Assembly: GCF_006345805.1 (NCBI RefSeq) | Contig: NW_021835344.1 | Location: 1 to 42,502 of the forward strand | Length of the DNA: 42,502 bases | Direction of reading: 5' to 3' | Origin: Octopus sinensis | Taxonomy: Eukaryota | Shown: positions 28,081 to 40,000 of the stretch, in pieces | How positions within the stretch are numbered: the stretch's first letter is position 1 | Layout of the letters: each line of letters begins with the position of its first letter | Notes under the pieces: model-generated | Databases searched by the model: none | Told to the model about the DNA's origin: nothing | The model's input: only the letters and a program-made list of their open reading frames with translations | Made by a program: the position numbers and the translations under genes

Positions 28081-31000
28081 GTGTGTGCTTGATAACCAAT
28101 ATTGGTTTGTTTACGTCCCCCGTAACTTAGTGATTCCTCAAAAGGTATCCGACTGATTAAGTGCCAGATTTTAAAAATTCAGTACTAAGGATGATTTGTT
28201 CGAGTAAACGCTTGAAGGTAGTACTCCGCATGGCCGCAATCTGATAACTGAAACAAGGAATAGTAAAAGTAATATACTCCAGTAGCAGTGTAATGATAAA
28301 AAAAGGTTTTCAAGACAATAAAATAATAATTATTGCAATAACATTAACCATCATCATCAGGCTATACACATAACTTTCAGATCCTATTCAAAGTACATAA
28401 AACAATGGTCACCTTTTGGTAGAAGATATATACTGGGTACCTATAAATTGACTTTAGAATTTGAACACTTCAGAAGACAATGAAGAACAAGGAGCTCATC
28501 AAATTTATTGGAAATCATTGGCAAACAAATATCAGAAGCATTAGAACACTTCGACGTAGATTTAATTGTTACCAATTCTACGTCGCTAAAAGCCACACTG
28601 CTTTTTTCTTGGTTGATTTTTATAACGGGATTTTTACTAAATAGTCTTCCCATGAAGACGTTCTTTTAAATTTGATTAATCTACACATTTCCTTTGGAAA
28701 TAACTGAGATATTTTGATTCAAAGTCACTTTTTTGCCTTACGCTGCCATTTTTTACCTCGAAAACTTTGAAATATATATTTTAAAGAATCAATTTACAAT
28801 TATTTTAGCTCGAAATGTAGCTTACATCTCGATCATCATTGCCAAAACGATGCAATTAATTCGGTTGAGAGCTGAATTACTAATTAAATCATGTAATAGG
28901 AGTGGAAGAGCTGCACTCTGTTGTTCACAGTCTCTAAGTGAAGTTCAGTAACAAGGACGGGGAGTCAAATGTTGGGGTGCCGGGTGGGATAATCTGTAGT
29001 CACCTTGATACTTGGGTGGATGGAGTTGGCTACTTGCTGGATGCTCTCCATTATGTTCCTCTCTGTTTCCACATTACCGTTACTAGAGCTGGTCTTAACT
29101 GTGATATTAATGCCATATATATACCTACAGTAAATTAGAAGAGTTGTGGACTGTTTTGCCAAGGATTGCTTAGGTTTTCTGATCCACCAGGTCATGAAGA
29201 GGCCGGCAATATCTCCAGATACACCGACACAAATGGCTGCACCTTGAACTTACATGTATAGTTTCAAGCATTTGTCTTATGAAGGAAGGCCGAAGACGCT
29301 CGACATTTGTTTCTCTCGAAAACACGACGCCGTGGTGATCTCATTCTTGCTCACTACATCATAAGCGGAAAGTGTAACTATCGAAAGAGCTGTTCTTCAC
29401 ACCCTGCTCCAGAGCGTCGGCTGCAGGGTCACTCCGAAAAGCTCTATCTACGACGATTTCATCTCAATCGAAGGAGAGGGGCTTTCTCCGTCCGGGTTGC
29501 GGATCCGTGGAATAAGCTGCCGGACGAGATAGTGAAGATGCCGACGACCGCACGGTTCAAAGTCTCTCTTGACCAGAAATAGCCTGAACTCTTTGTATGA
29601 CGACCCTCCCTGTACATAACGCCCTGTCCCCCTACATGGCCTTGCTTTTGCTTTTTGAGACAAAAAATTAAACTAAACTAAACTAGTGATACTTTAGTCT
29701 GTGGTTCTTCAAGGTGGTTCTTACGCTAGCTCCTACTGCCTGTGCAATCATTCCTTTCTCCTAATTGTTGTTCTCAGGGAGTTGGGTGGGCAGGGTCAAG
29801 CCACACCAGCGCTCATTGGTGCATTTATTTACTGCTGAAGTGATGGTGGGTGGTCTAAGAATCTGTGAGCTGGCGGGGTAGAATATATAGTCTAAGAATG
29901 AGACACGGATCACGCGTGTTGACCTCACTTCACATTTCACAGACAATCTCATTACATTATACTCCAGCAAAATCGATGTCAATAGATGGGTAGAGGGAAT
30001 CGGGTCCTTAGTGTCCACTACACAACATGTGAAGAACTTGTAGTGACTAAAAATACTCATTTTATTGAGGATGTCCTCAGTGCTAACATAGAAGAAGAAG
30101 GAGAATAAGGAGGAGAAGAAGAAGAAGAAGAAGAAGAAGAAGAAGAAGAAGCATAAGGAGAAGGAGAAGAAGGAGAAGGAGAAGAAGAAGAAGAAGAAGA
30201 AGAAGAAGGAGAAGAAGAAGAAAAAGAAGAAGAAGAAGAAAAAGAAGAAGAAGAAGAAGAAGGAGAAGAAGAAGAAGAAGAAAAAAAAGAAGAAGAAGAA
30301 GGAGAAGAAAAAGAAAAAGAAGTAGAAGAAGGAGAAGAAGAAGAAATTAATCTAACGACAATGCAGATAAATAACTGCCAGTCGTTGTCATGTCCAGACA
30401 CATCCAAAGAGATATATCATGAATAGAGTCCAGTAGTTGATTCGTCGATATATTAAGGAAATGCGAAAAAATGTCATCGTTCAGAAGATATATGAAGCAG
30501 CAAGAAACGTTGCTTATTTTTCACATCGTATGTAATTGCGACGAAATATTGAATAATGTTCATTATGTGAAGAAAGAATTTATATGGTAGTATAACGAAT
30601 AAGGGAAGAAGAAGAAGGAGGAGAAGAAGAAGAACAACAAGAAAGAGAAGATGAAAAGAAGAAGAAGAAGAAGAAATACAAGGGGAAGAACAAGAAGGAA
30701 AGACGAAGAGGAAGTAGAGGGGAAGAAGAAGAAGAAGAAGGAGAAGGAGCAGAAAAAGAAAAAGAAGAAAAAGAAGAAGTAGAAGAAAAGAAGAGGAAAA
30801 AAGAAGAAGAAGAACAACAACAACAACAAAGACTACAGCAACAATAGCAAAACATTTATTTCGGTGGAAGTCTGGATACATAACCACACGGCACCACAGA
30901 ATCAACAGAACAATGTGTAAGAAAATAGTAGCTAAAACTTATATTAATAGTGCAGATACATACATACATATGAACATACACATATATATTTTCAGGAATA

Positions 31001-34000
31001 ACATTTTTATGCAGACAATTATCAACTGACAGTCATTGACATGTTCAGACTCAATCAAATAAATATAACACGAATATGAGAACTGAATATGATTTACAGT
31101 AATAGAGAGTGAGGAAACATGGAAATAAGGGGATATTAAATTTAAAGACATAGTATATTCCTCATGTATAAACGACAACATTGAAAGAACTTACAATTTC
31201 TCTAAGTTGTGAAGGCCTTGAAACATCTCTTTTTCAATCCTTGAAATTTTATTGTTGTAAAGAGATCTGAAGCAGGAAACAATATTGGTTAGATTGACAT
31301 AGTGTGAATTCCGATAACATATTCAATATTGTTCTTTATGAAGAGGGACAAAATTATAGGAAAATAATACGAGAAGAAGAAGAAAAGGAGAAGACGAAGA
31401 AGAAGAAGAAGAAGGGGAAGAGAGGAAGGGGAAAGAAGAGTCATGGAGGAAGAGAAGGGGGAGAGAAGTAGAAGAAGGAGGAGTTGGAGGAGGAGGAGGA
31501 GGGGAGGTGAAGAAGAATCAGGACAGGGAAGGACAAGGATATGTAGGGGGGAGGAAAATAGGAGAAGGTGCAGAGGGTAAAGTATAAGAGGATATAGAAG
31601 ATTAAAATCTGGAGGAGAAAAAGAAGAAGTAGAAGGGGGAGGATGGGGAGGAGAAGAAGAAGAAGAAAAAGAAGAAGAAGAAGAAGAAGAAGGAGAAGAA
31701 GAAGAAGAAGCGGGAAAAAAGAAGGAGAAAAAGAAAAAGAAAGAGAAGAAGAAAGAAGAGGAATATAGGTGGAGGCGGAGGGGGAAGGAGGAGAAGAAGA
31801 AGAAGAAGAAGACAAAGGAGGAGGAGGAGGAAGGGGAAGTAGAAAAAAAGGAGGAGAAGGAGGAGGAGGAGAAGTAGGAAGAGAAGAAGAAGAAGAAGAA
31901 GAAGAAGAAGAAGAAGAAGAAGAAGAAGATGACACTTTGAAAATCATGGTGTTCAAGACGAAACTGAAATTGTTCTCAAGATATCAGGAAATAATTCAAG
32001 GATAGAGCGATAAATTTTGGGCAAGAAGACATGGCTGAAAAATCAGGGAATATACGGAATCAGAAATCAACATATTCAAACGCACTCATTCGCATTCTTA
32101 CATTCAAAGTTTCAACGACGGAATGCGGTATGCACACTCACATGACACATATTCCCACTCACCCTTGTGGAAATATGGTGAGAGAGATTATTTATTTCAT
32201 ATCGCTTCATCGTCACAAGAATATTAGAAAACACACGCTTACAAGAAATATATCAGCAGTTTAATTGTATCAGGCCAAATATTCCAGCTTACAAGTACAG
32301 TAAGTATTTCAGGTTTACAGATAGAATGTATGTGACTATATTATTCGAATATATATTTTCCGCTTCCACTTCAGTTGCTCTGTTACATAAATAACGTAAA
32401 GTGAATGACAAAATTCGAAGTTGAATGATAATATCGAAACACGAAGGAGAATATTGGAATAAGAAATGGAGGAGGATGCAAAATATAAAATAAAGGAATA
32501 ATATAGTCACATTTCACACAGAACTACATTTATATATGAACATACACATATACTTCAGCTAAAAATATTTGATGCAAACATGTAAACTCACAAACGTTAC
32601 CATTTCTAATACAAATTCATATCAAAATCATTGAAATTTGGGGAACAAAAATGAGTTATTGAGATGCGAATTGAAACAAAGCAACTACAATAAAGGAACA
32701 TTATATTTTTCCTATTATTTCACTTTCTCTCTAAAATGCTCTCTCTTTCATTTACATTGTCTCGCTCTCTCCTATTCTCTTTGTATCTTCCTAAATCTTG
32801 TTCATTCTACAAATTCGAATTGGTTTTGTTTGGTGGAGTCTGAAATATTATACATTTGTGAGCTTATATATCAGCATCAATTATTACTTTCGGAAAATAG
32901 TATCAAGAAATTAAACGAACTTACAGTTCTTTGAAATTTGAAATCCCCGTGAATGTACCTTCTTTGATGGTTGCAATGCTGTTCCCTCCAAGATCTCTAT
33001 AGCAGTAAAGAAAGAGTAAAATAGATTATATGTAAAATATTTGTGATACGACATCAAACACTTTGACTTCAGAATGAAAGAAAGAAAAAGAAGAAAGATA
33101 ACGAAGAAGAAGAAGAACTAGAAAGGAGAAGGAGAAGGAGAAGTAGAAGAAGAAGAAGAAGAAGGAAAATAGACGAGGAGGTGGAGGAGGTGGAGGAGGA
33201 GGTGGAGAGGCGGGGTTTTAGGAGGACGACAAAGGAAGGGATGACTGAGCAGGGGGCCGCTGGGGTAGCATCAGAAGGAGCAGGAAGAGCTGGAGACTGA
33301 GAATAAGAGGAAGAATTGGAAGAGAATGGAAAAGAGGGAGACCAGTGACAAAGCAGAAAGTACAGAGAAGAAAAAGAAGAAAAAGAATAAGAAGAAGAAG
33401 AAGAAGAAGCAGAAGAAGAAGAAGAAGAAGACAAAGAAAAGGAAGAAGTAGAAGAAGAGGAACATGAAGAAGATGAAGAAGGAAAGAAGAAAAAGACGAA
33501 GAAGATGAAGAAGAAGAAGAATAGTAGAGAACGAAGAAATTGAAGAAAAAGGAGGATGAGTAGGACGAAGAGGGGAGGTTGAAGAGGAGAATTGCAATAA
33601 GAAGAAGAAGAAGAAAAGTAGGAGAAGAGGTTGAGGAGAGAGGGGAATAGGAGATTGCAAAAGAAGAAGAACAAACAACAACAACAACAATAGCAAAAAA
33701 TTTATTTTGGGTGGAAGTATGGATAAATACCACACACGGCAGCACAGAATCAAGAGAACAATGTGTAAGAAAATAGTAGCTAAACTTATATTAATAGTGC
33801 AGATACATACATACATATGAACTACACATATATATTTTCAGAATATAATTTTTATGCAGACAAGTATCAACTGACAGTCATTGACATGTTCAGACTCAAT
33901 CAAATAAATATGACACGAATAGAGAACTGAATATGATTTACAGTAATAGAGAGTGATAAAACATGGAAATAAGGGGGATATTAAATTTAAAGACATAGTA

Positions 34001-37000
34001 TATTCCTCAGTATAAACGACAACATTGAAAGAACTTACAATTTCTCTAATTTGTGAAGGCCTTGAAACATCTCTTTTTCAATCCTTAAAATTTTATTTCT
34101 GTAAAGAGATCTGAAGCAGGAAACAATATTGGTTAGATTGACATAGTGTGAATTGCGATAACATATTCAATATTGCTCCTTATTTAAAGGGACACAATTA
34201 TAGGAAAATAATACGAAATGAAGAAGAAAAGGAGGAGACGGGAAAGAAGAAGAAGCAGAAGAAGAAGAAGAAGAAGGAGAAAAAGAAGAAGGAGAAGATG
34301 ATGAAGGAGGAAGAGGAGGAGGAGAATAACAAAAAGGAGAAAATAGGAAGAAGAAGAAGGAGGATGAGGAGGAGTAGAAGAAGTAGAAAGTGGAAGAAGA
34401 AGAAGAAGAAGGAATAGAAGAAGAAGAAGAAGGGGAAGAAGACGAAAAAGAAGGAGAAGAAAAAGGAGAAGCATGAGGATGGGGGAGGGAGAATTACAAG
34501 AAGAAGAAGAAGAAGGAGAAGAAGAAGAAGACAAAAGGAGGTGGGGGAGTGGGAGAGGTAGAATTACAAGAAGAAGAAGAAGGAGAATGAGGAATTGGAT
34601 GCAGAAGTAAAAGGAGGAGAATGAAGGGGAGGAGAAGAAGTAGAAGAAGGAAAAAAGAAGTAGAAGAAAGAGATGAAGAAGAAAACGAATAAGAAGAAGG
34701 AAGACGAGGAGGAAAAAGTAGAAGAAGAACATAAAAAGAAGCAGGATCGGTGACGGGTAGGGGTGGAAGAGAATTACAAGATGAAGAAGGAGGAGGAGCG
34801 GGAGGGAGTGGAGGAGGAAGAGAATTACAAGAAGAAAATGAAGAAGGAGCAGAAGGAAAAAGTAGAAGAAGGAGGAGGAGGACGAGGGGAAGAAGAACAA
34901 AAGAAGAAGAAGAAGAAGAAGAAGAAGAAGGAGAGAAGAAAAAAGGGAGCAGGAGTGAGGAGTAGGAAGAAGAGAAGGTGAAGAAAAAAAAGAAGAAGAT
35001 GAAGGAGAAGGAGGAGGAGGAATAGCAGGAGAGAAGAAGAAAGAAGAATAAGAAGAAGAAGAGAAAGAAGATACATTGAAAATCATGGTCTTCAAGACGA
35101 AACTGAAAATGTTCTCAAAATATCAGGAAATAATTCAAGGATAGAGCGATAAATTTTGGGCGAGAAGACATGGCTGAAAAATCAGGGAATATACGGAATC
35201 AGAAATCAACATATTCAATTGCACTCATACGCATTCTTATATTCATAGTATCAACGACGGAATGCGCTATGCACACTCACATCACACATATTCCCACTCA
35301 CCCTTGTGGAAATATGTGAGAAGATTATTATTTCATATCGCTTCATTGTCACAAGAATATTAGAAAACACAGGCTTACAAGAAACATATCAGCAGTTTCA
35401 TTGTATCAGGCCAAATATTCCAGCTTACAAGTACAGTAAGTATTTCAGGTTTACAGATAGAATGTATGTGACTATATTATACGAATATATATTTTCCGCT
35501 TCCACTTCAGTTGCTCTATTACATAAATAACGGGAAGTAAATGACAAAATTCGAAGTTGAATGATAATATCGAAACACGAAGGAGAATATTGAAATAAGA
35601 AATGGAGGAGGATGCAAAATATAAAATAAAGGAATAATATAGTCACATATCACACAGAACTACACTTATATATGAACATACACATATACTTCAGCTAAAA
35701 ATATTTGATGCAAACATGTAAACTCACAAACGTTACCATTTCTAATTACAATTCATATCAAAATCATTGAAATTTGTGGAACAAAAATGAGTTATTGAGA
35801 TGCGAATTGAAACAAAGCAACTACAATAAAGGAACATTATATTTTTCCTATTATTTCACTTTCTACCTCAATTTCTCTCTCTCTTCTCTCTTTGTGTCTC
35901 GCTTACTTACTCCCTCTTGTATATCTTCCTAAATCGTGTTCATTCTACAAATTCTAATTCATTTTTTTTGATGGAGTCTGAAATTTTATACAATTGTGAG
36001 CTTATATATCAGCATCAATTATTACTTTCGGAAAATAGTATCAAGAAACTGAACGAACTTACAAGTAGTTTAAATTTGAAAGCCCCGTGAATGCTCCTTC
36101 TTTGATGGTTGCTATGTTGTTGTAACGAAGATATCTATAGCAGTAAAGAAAGAGTAAAATAGATTATTTGGAAAATATTTGTGATACGACATCAAACACT
36201 GTGACTTCAGAATGAAAGGAATAAAAAGAAGAAATATAACGAAGAAGAAAAAGAAGAAGAAGAAGAAGAAGGAAGAGGAAGAGAAGAAGAAGAAAAAGAA
36301 GAATAAGGAGGAGGAAGAGGAGAAGAAGAAGAAGAAGAAGTAGAAGAAAGAGATGAAGAAGAAAACGAATAAGAAGAAGGAAGACGAGGAGGAAAAAGTA
36401 GAAGAAGAACATAAAAAGAAGCAGGATCGGTGACGGGTAGGGGTGGAAGAGAATTACAAGATGAAGAAGGAGGAGGAGCGGGAGGGAGTGGAGGAGGAAG
36501 AGAATTACAAGAAGAAAATGAAGAAGGAGCAGAAAGAAAAAGTAGAAGAAGAAGGAGGAGGAGGAGGAGGAGAAGAAGAACAAAAGAAGAAGAAGAAGAA
36601 GAAGAAGAAGAAGGAGAGAAGAAAAAGGAGGAGCAGGAGTGGAGGAGTAGGAAGAAGAGAAGGTGAGAAAAAAGAAGAAGATTAAGGAGAAGGAGGAGGA
36701 GAATAGCAGGAGAGGAGAAGAGAAGAAGAAAAGAAGAAGAAGAAAAGAGATACATTGAAAATCATGTCTTCAAGACGAAACTGAAAATGTTCTCAAAATA
36801 TCAGGAAATAATTCAAGGATAGAGCGATAAATTTTGGGCGAGAAGACATGGCTGAAAAATCAGGGAATATACGGAATCAGAAATCAACATATTCAATTGC
36901 ACTCATACGCATTCTTATATTCATAGTATCAACGACGGAATGCGCTATGCACACTCACATTCACACATATTCCCACTCACCCTTGTGGAAATATGGTGAG

Positions 37001-40000
37001 AGATTATTTATTTCATATCGCTTCATTGTCACAAGAATATTAGAAAACACAGGCTTACAAGAAACATATCAGCAGTTTCATTGTATCAGGCCAAATATTC
37101 CAGCTTACAAGTACAGTAAGTATTTCAGGTTTACAGATAGAATGTATGTGACTATATTATACGAATATATATTTTCCGCTTCCACTTCAGTTGCTCTATT
37201 ACATAAATAACGGGAAGTAAATGACAAAATTCGAAGTTGAATGATAATATCGAAACCGAAGGAGAATATTGAAATAGAAATGGGGAGGATGCAAATATAA
37301 AATAAAGGAATAATATAGTCACATATCACACAGAACTACACTTATGATATGAACATACACATAACTTCAGCTAAAAATATTTGATGCAAACATGTAAACT
37401 CACAAACGTTACCATTTCTAATACAAATTCATATCAAAATCATTGAAATTTGTGGAACAAAAATGAGTTATTGAGATGCGAATTGAAACAAAGCAACTAC
37501 AATAAAGGAACATTATATTTTTCCTATTATTTCACTTTCTACCTCAATTTCTCTCTCTTTCTCTCTTTGTGTCTCGCTTACTTACTCCCTCTTTGTATCT
37601 TCCTAAATCGTGTTCATTCTACAAATTCGAATTCATTTTGTTTGATGGAGTCTGAAATTTTATACAATTGTGAGCTTATATATCAGCATCAATTATTACT
37701 TTCGGAAAATAGTATCAAGAAACTGAACGAACTTACAAGTAGTTTAAATTTGAAAGCCCCGTGAATGCTCCTTCTTTGATGGTTGCTATGTTGTTGTAAC
37801 GAATATCTATAGCAGTAAGAAAGAGTAAATTAGATTATTTGGAAAATATTTGTGATACGACATCAAACACTGTGACTTCAGAATGAAAGGAATAAAAAGA
37901 AGAAATATAACGAAGAAGAAAAAGAAGAAGAAGAAGAAGAAGAAGAAGAAGAAGGAAGAGGAAGAGAAGAAGAAGAAAAAGAAGAATAAGGAGGAGGAAG
38001 AGGAGAAGAAGAAGAAGAAGTAGAAGAAAACGTAGAAGAAGAAAGGAGAAGATAAAGGAGTAGAAGACCTAGAAGAAGAAAAAGAAGAAGAGGAGGCGGA
38101 GGAGGCGGAGAAGCGGAGCAGGAGGAGAGGTGGGGATGTTAGGAGGAGGACAAAGGAATGGATGATTGAGGAGGGGCAGCTGGGGATAGCAGCAGAAGGA
38201 GCAGGAAGAGCAGGAGGATGAGAATAAGAGGAAGAATTGGCAGAGAATGGAAAAGAGGGAGACCATTGAAGAAGCAGAAAGTACAGAGAAGAAAAAGAAG
38301 AAGAGGAAAAGAAGAAGTAGAACACGAAGAAGAAGAAGATGAAGTAGAAGAAGAAGAAGAGGAAGAAGAAGAAGACGACGAAGAAGAAGAGGAACATGCA
38401 GGAGATGAAGAAGGAAAGAAGAAGACGAAGAAGATGAAGAAGAAGAAAAAAAGAATGCAAAGAAGAAGACAAAGAAGAAGTAGAACATGAAGAAAAGTAA
38501 CAAGAAGAAGAAGAAGACGAAGTAGAAGAAGAATAACAGGAAGAAGAAGCAGAAGCAGAAGAAAGAGATGAAGAAGCAGAAGAAGAAAAGAAGAAGAAGA
38601 AGAAAAGAAAAAGAAGGAGGAGAAGGAGCAGAAGGAGGAGGGGAGGTTGGAAGAAGAAGAAGAAAAAGAAGGAGAAGAAGAAGAAGAAGAAGATGAAAAG
38701 AAGAAGAAGAAGAAGAAGAAGAAGAAGAAGAGAAGAATACATTGAAAATCATGTTGTTAAAGACGAAACTGAAAATGTTCTCAGAATATCAGGAAATAAT
38801 TCAAGGATAGATCGATAAATTTTGGGCGAGAAGACATGGCTGAAAAATCAGGGAATATACGGAATCAGAAATCAACATATTCAAACGCACTCATACACAT
38901 TCTTATATTCATAGTATCAACGACGGAATGCGGTATGCACACTCACATCACACATATTCCCACTCACCCTTGTGGAAATATGGTGAGAGAGATTATTTAT
39001 TTCATATCGCTTCATTGTCACAAGAATATTAGAAAACACACGCTTACAAGAAATATATCAGCAGTTTCATTGTATCAGGCCAAATATCCCAGCTTACAAG
39101 TACAGTAAGTATTTCAGGTTTACAGATAGAATGTATGTGACTATATTATTCGAATATATATTTTCCGCTTCCACTTCAGTTGCTCTATTACATAAATAAC
39201 GTGAAGTGAATGACAAAATACGACGTTGAATGATAATATCGAAACACGAAGGAGAATATTGAAATAAGAAATGGAGGAGGATGTAAAATACAAAATAAAG
39301 GAATGATATAGTCACATTTCACACAGAACTACACTTATATATGAACATACACATATACTTCAGGTAAAAATATTTGATGCAAACATATAAACTCACAAAC
39401 GTTACCATTTCTAATACAAATTCATATCAAATTCATTGAAATTTGGGGAACAAAACTGAGTTATTGAGATGCGAATTGAAACAAAGCAACTACAATAAAG
39501 GAACATTATATTTCTCCTATTACTTCACTTTCTCCCCAAAATTCTCTCGCTTTCTTTCACATTGTCTCAATCTCTCATATTCTCTTTGTATCTTCCTAAA
39601 TCGTGTTCGATCCTCAAATTTGAATTAATTTTGTTTAGTTCAGTCTCAAATTTTATACATTTGTGAGCTTAGATATCAACATCAATTATTACTTTCGGAT
39701 AATAGTATCAAGAAACTGAACGAACTTACAAGTAGTTTAAATTTGAAAGCCCCGTGAATGCTCCTTCTTTGATGGTTGCTATGTTGTTGGAACCAAGATA
39801 TCTATAGCAGTAAAGAAAGATTAAAATAGATTATATGGAAAATATTTGTGATACGATATCAAACACTGTGACATCTGAATGAAAGGAAGAAAAAGAAGAA
39901 AGATAACGAAGAAGAAGAAGAAGAAGAAGAAGAAGGAAGAGGAAGAGAAGAAGAAGAATAAAAAGAAGAATAAAGAGGAGGAAGAGGAGAAGAAGAAGAA

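Noticed and set aside
28441-28760. Possible extra exons or a GPI-like tail near 28.5 kb
   Set aside because: No frame has both splice sites and an LRR or other motif.
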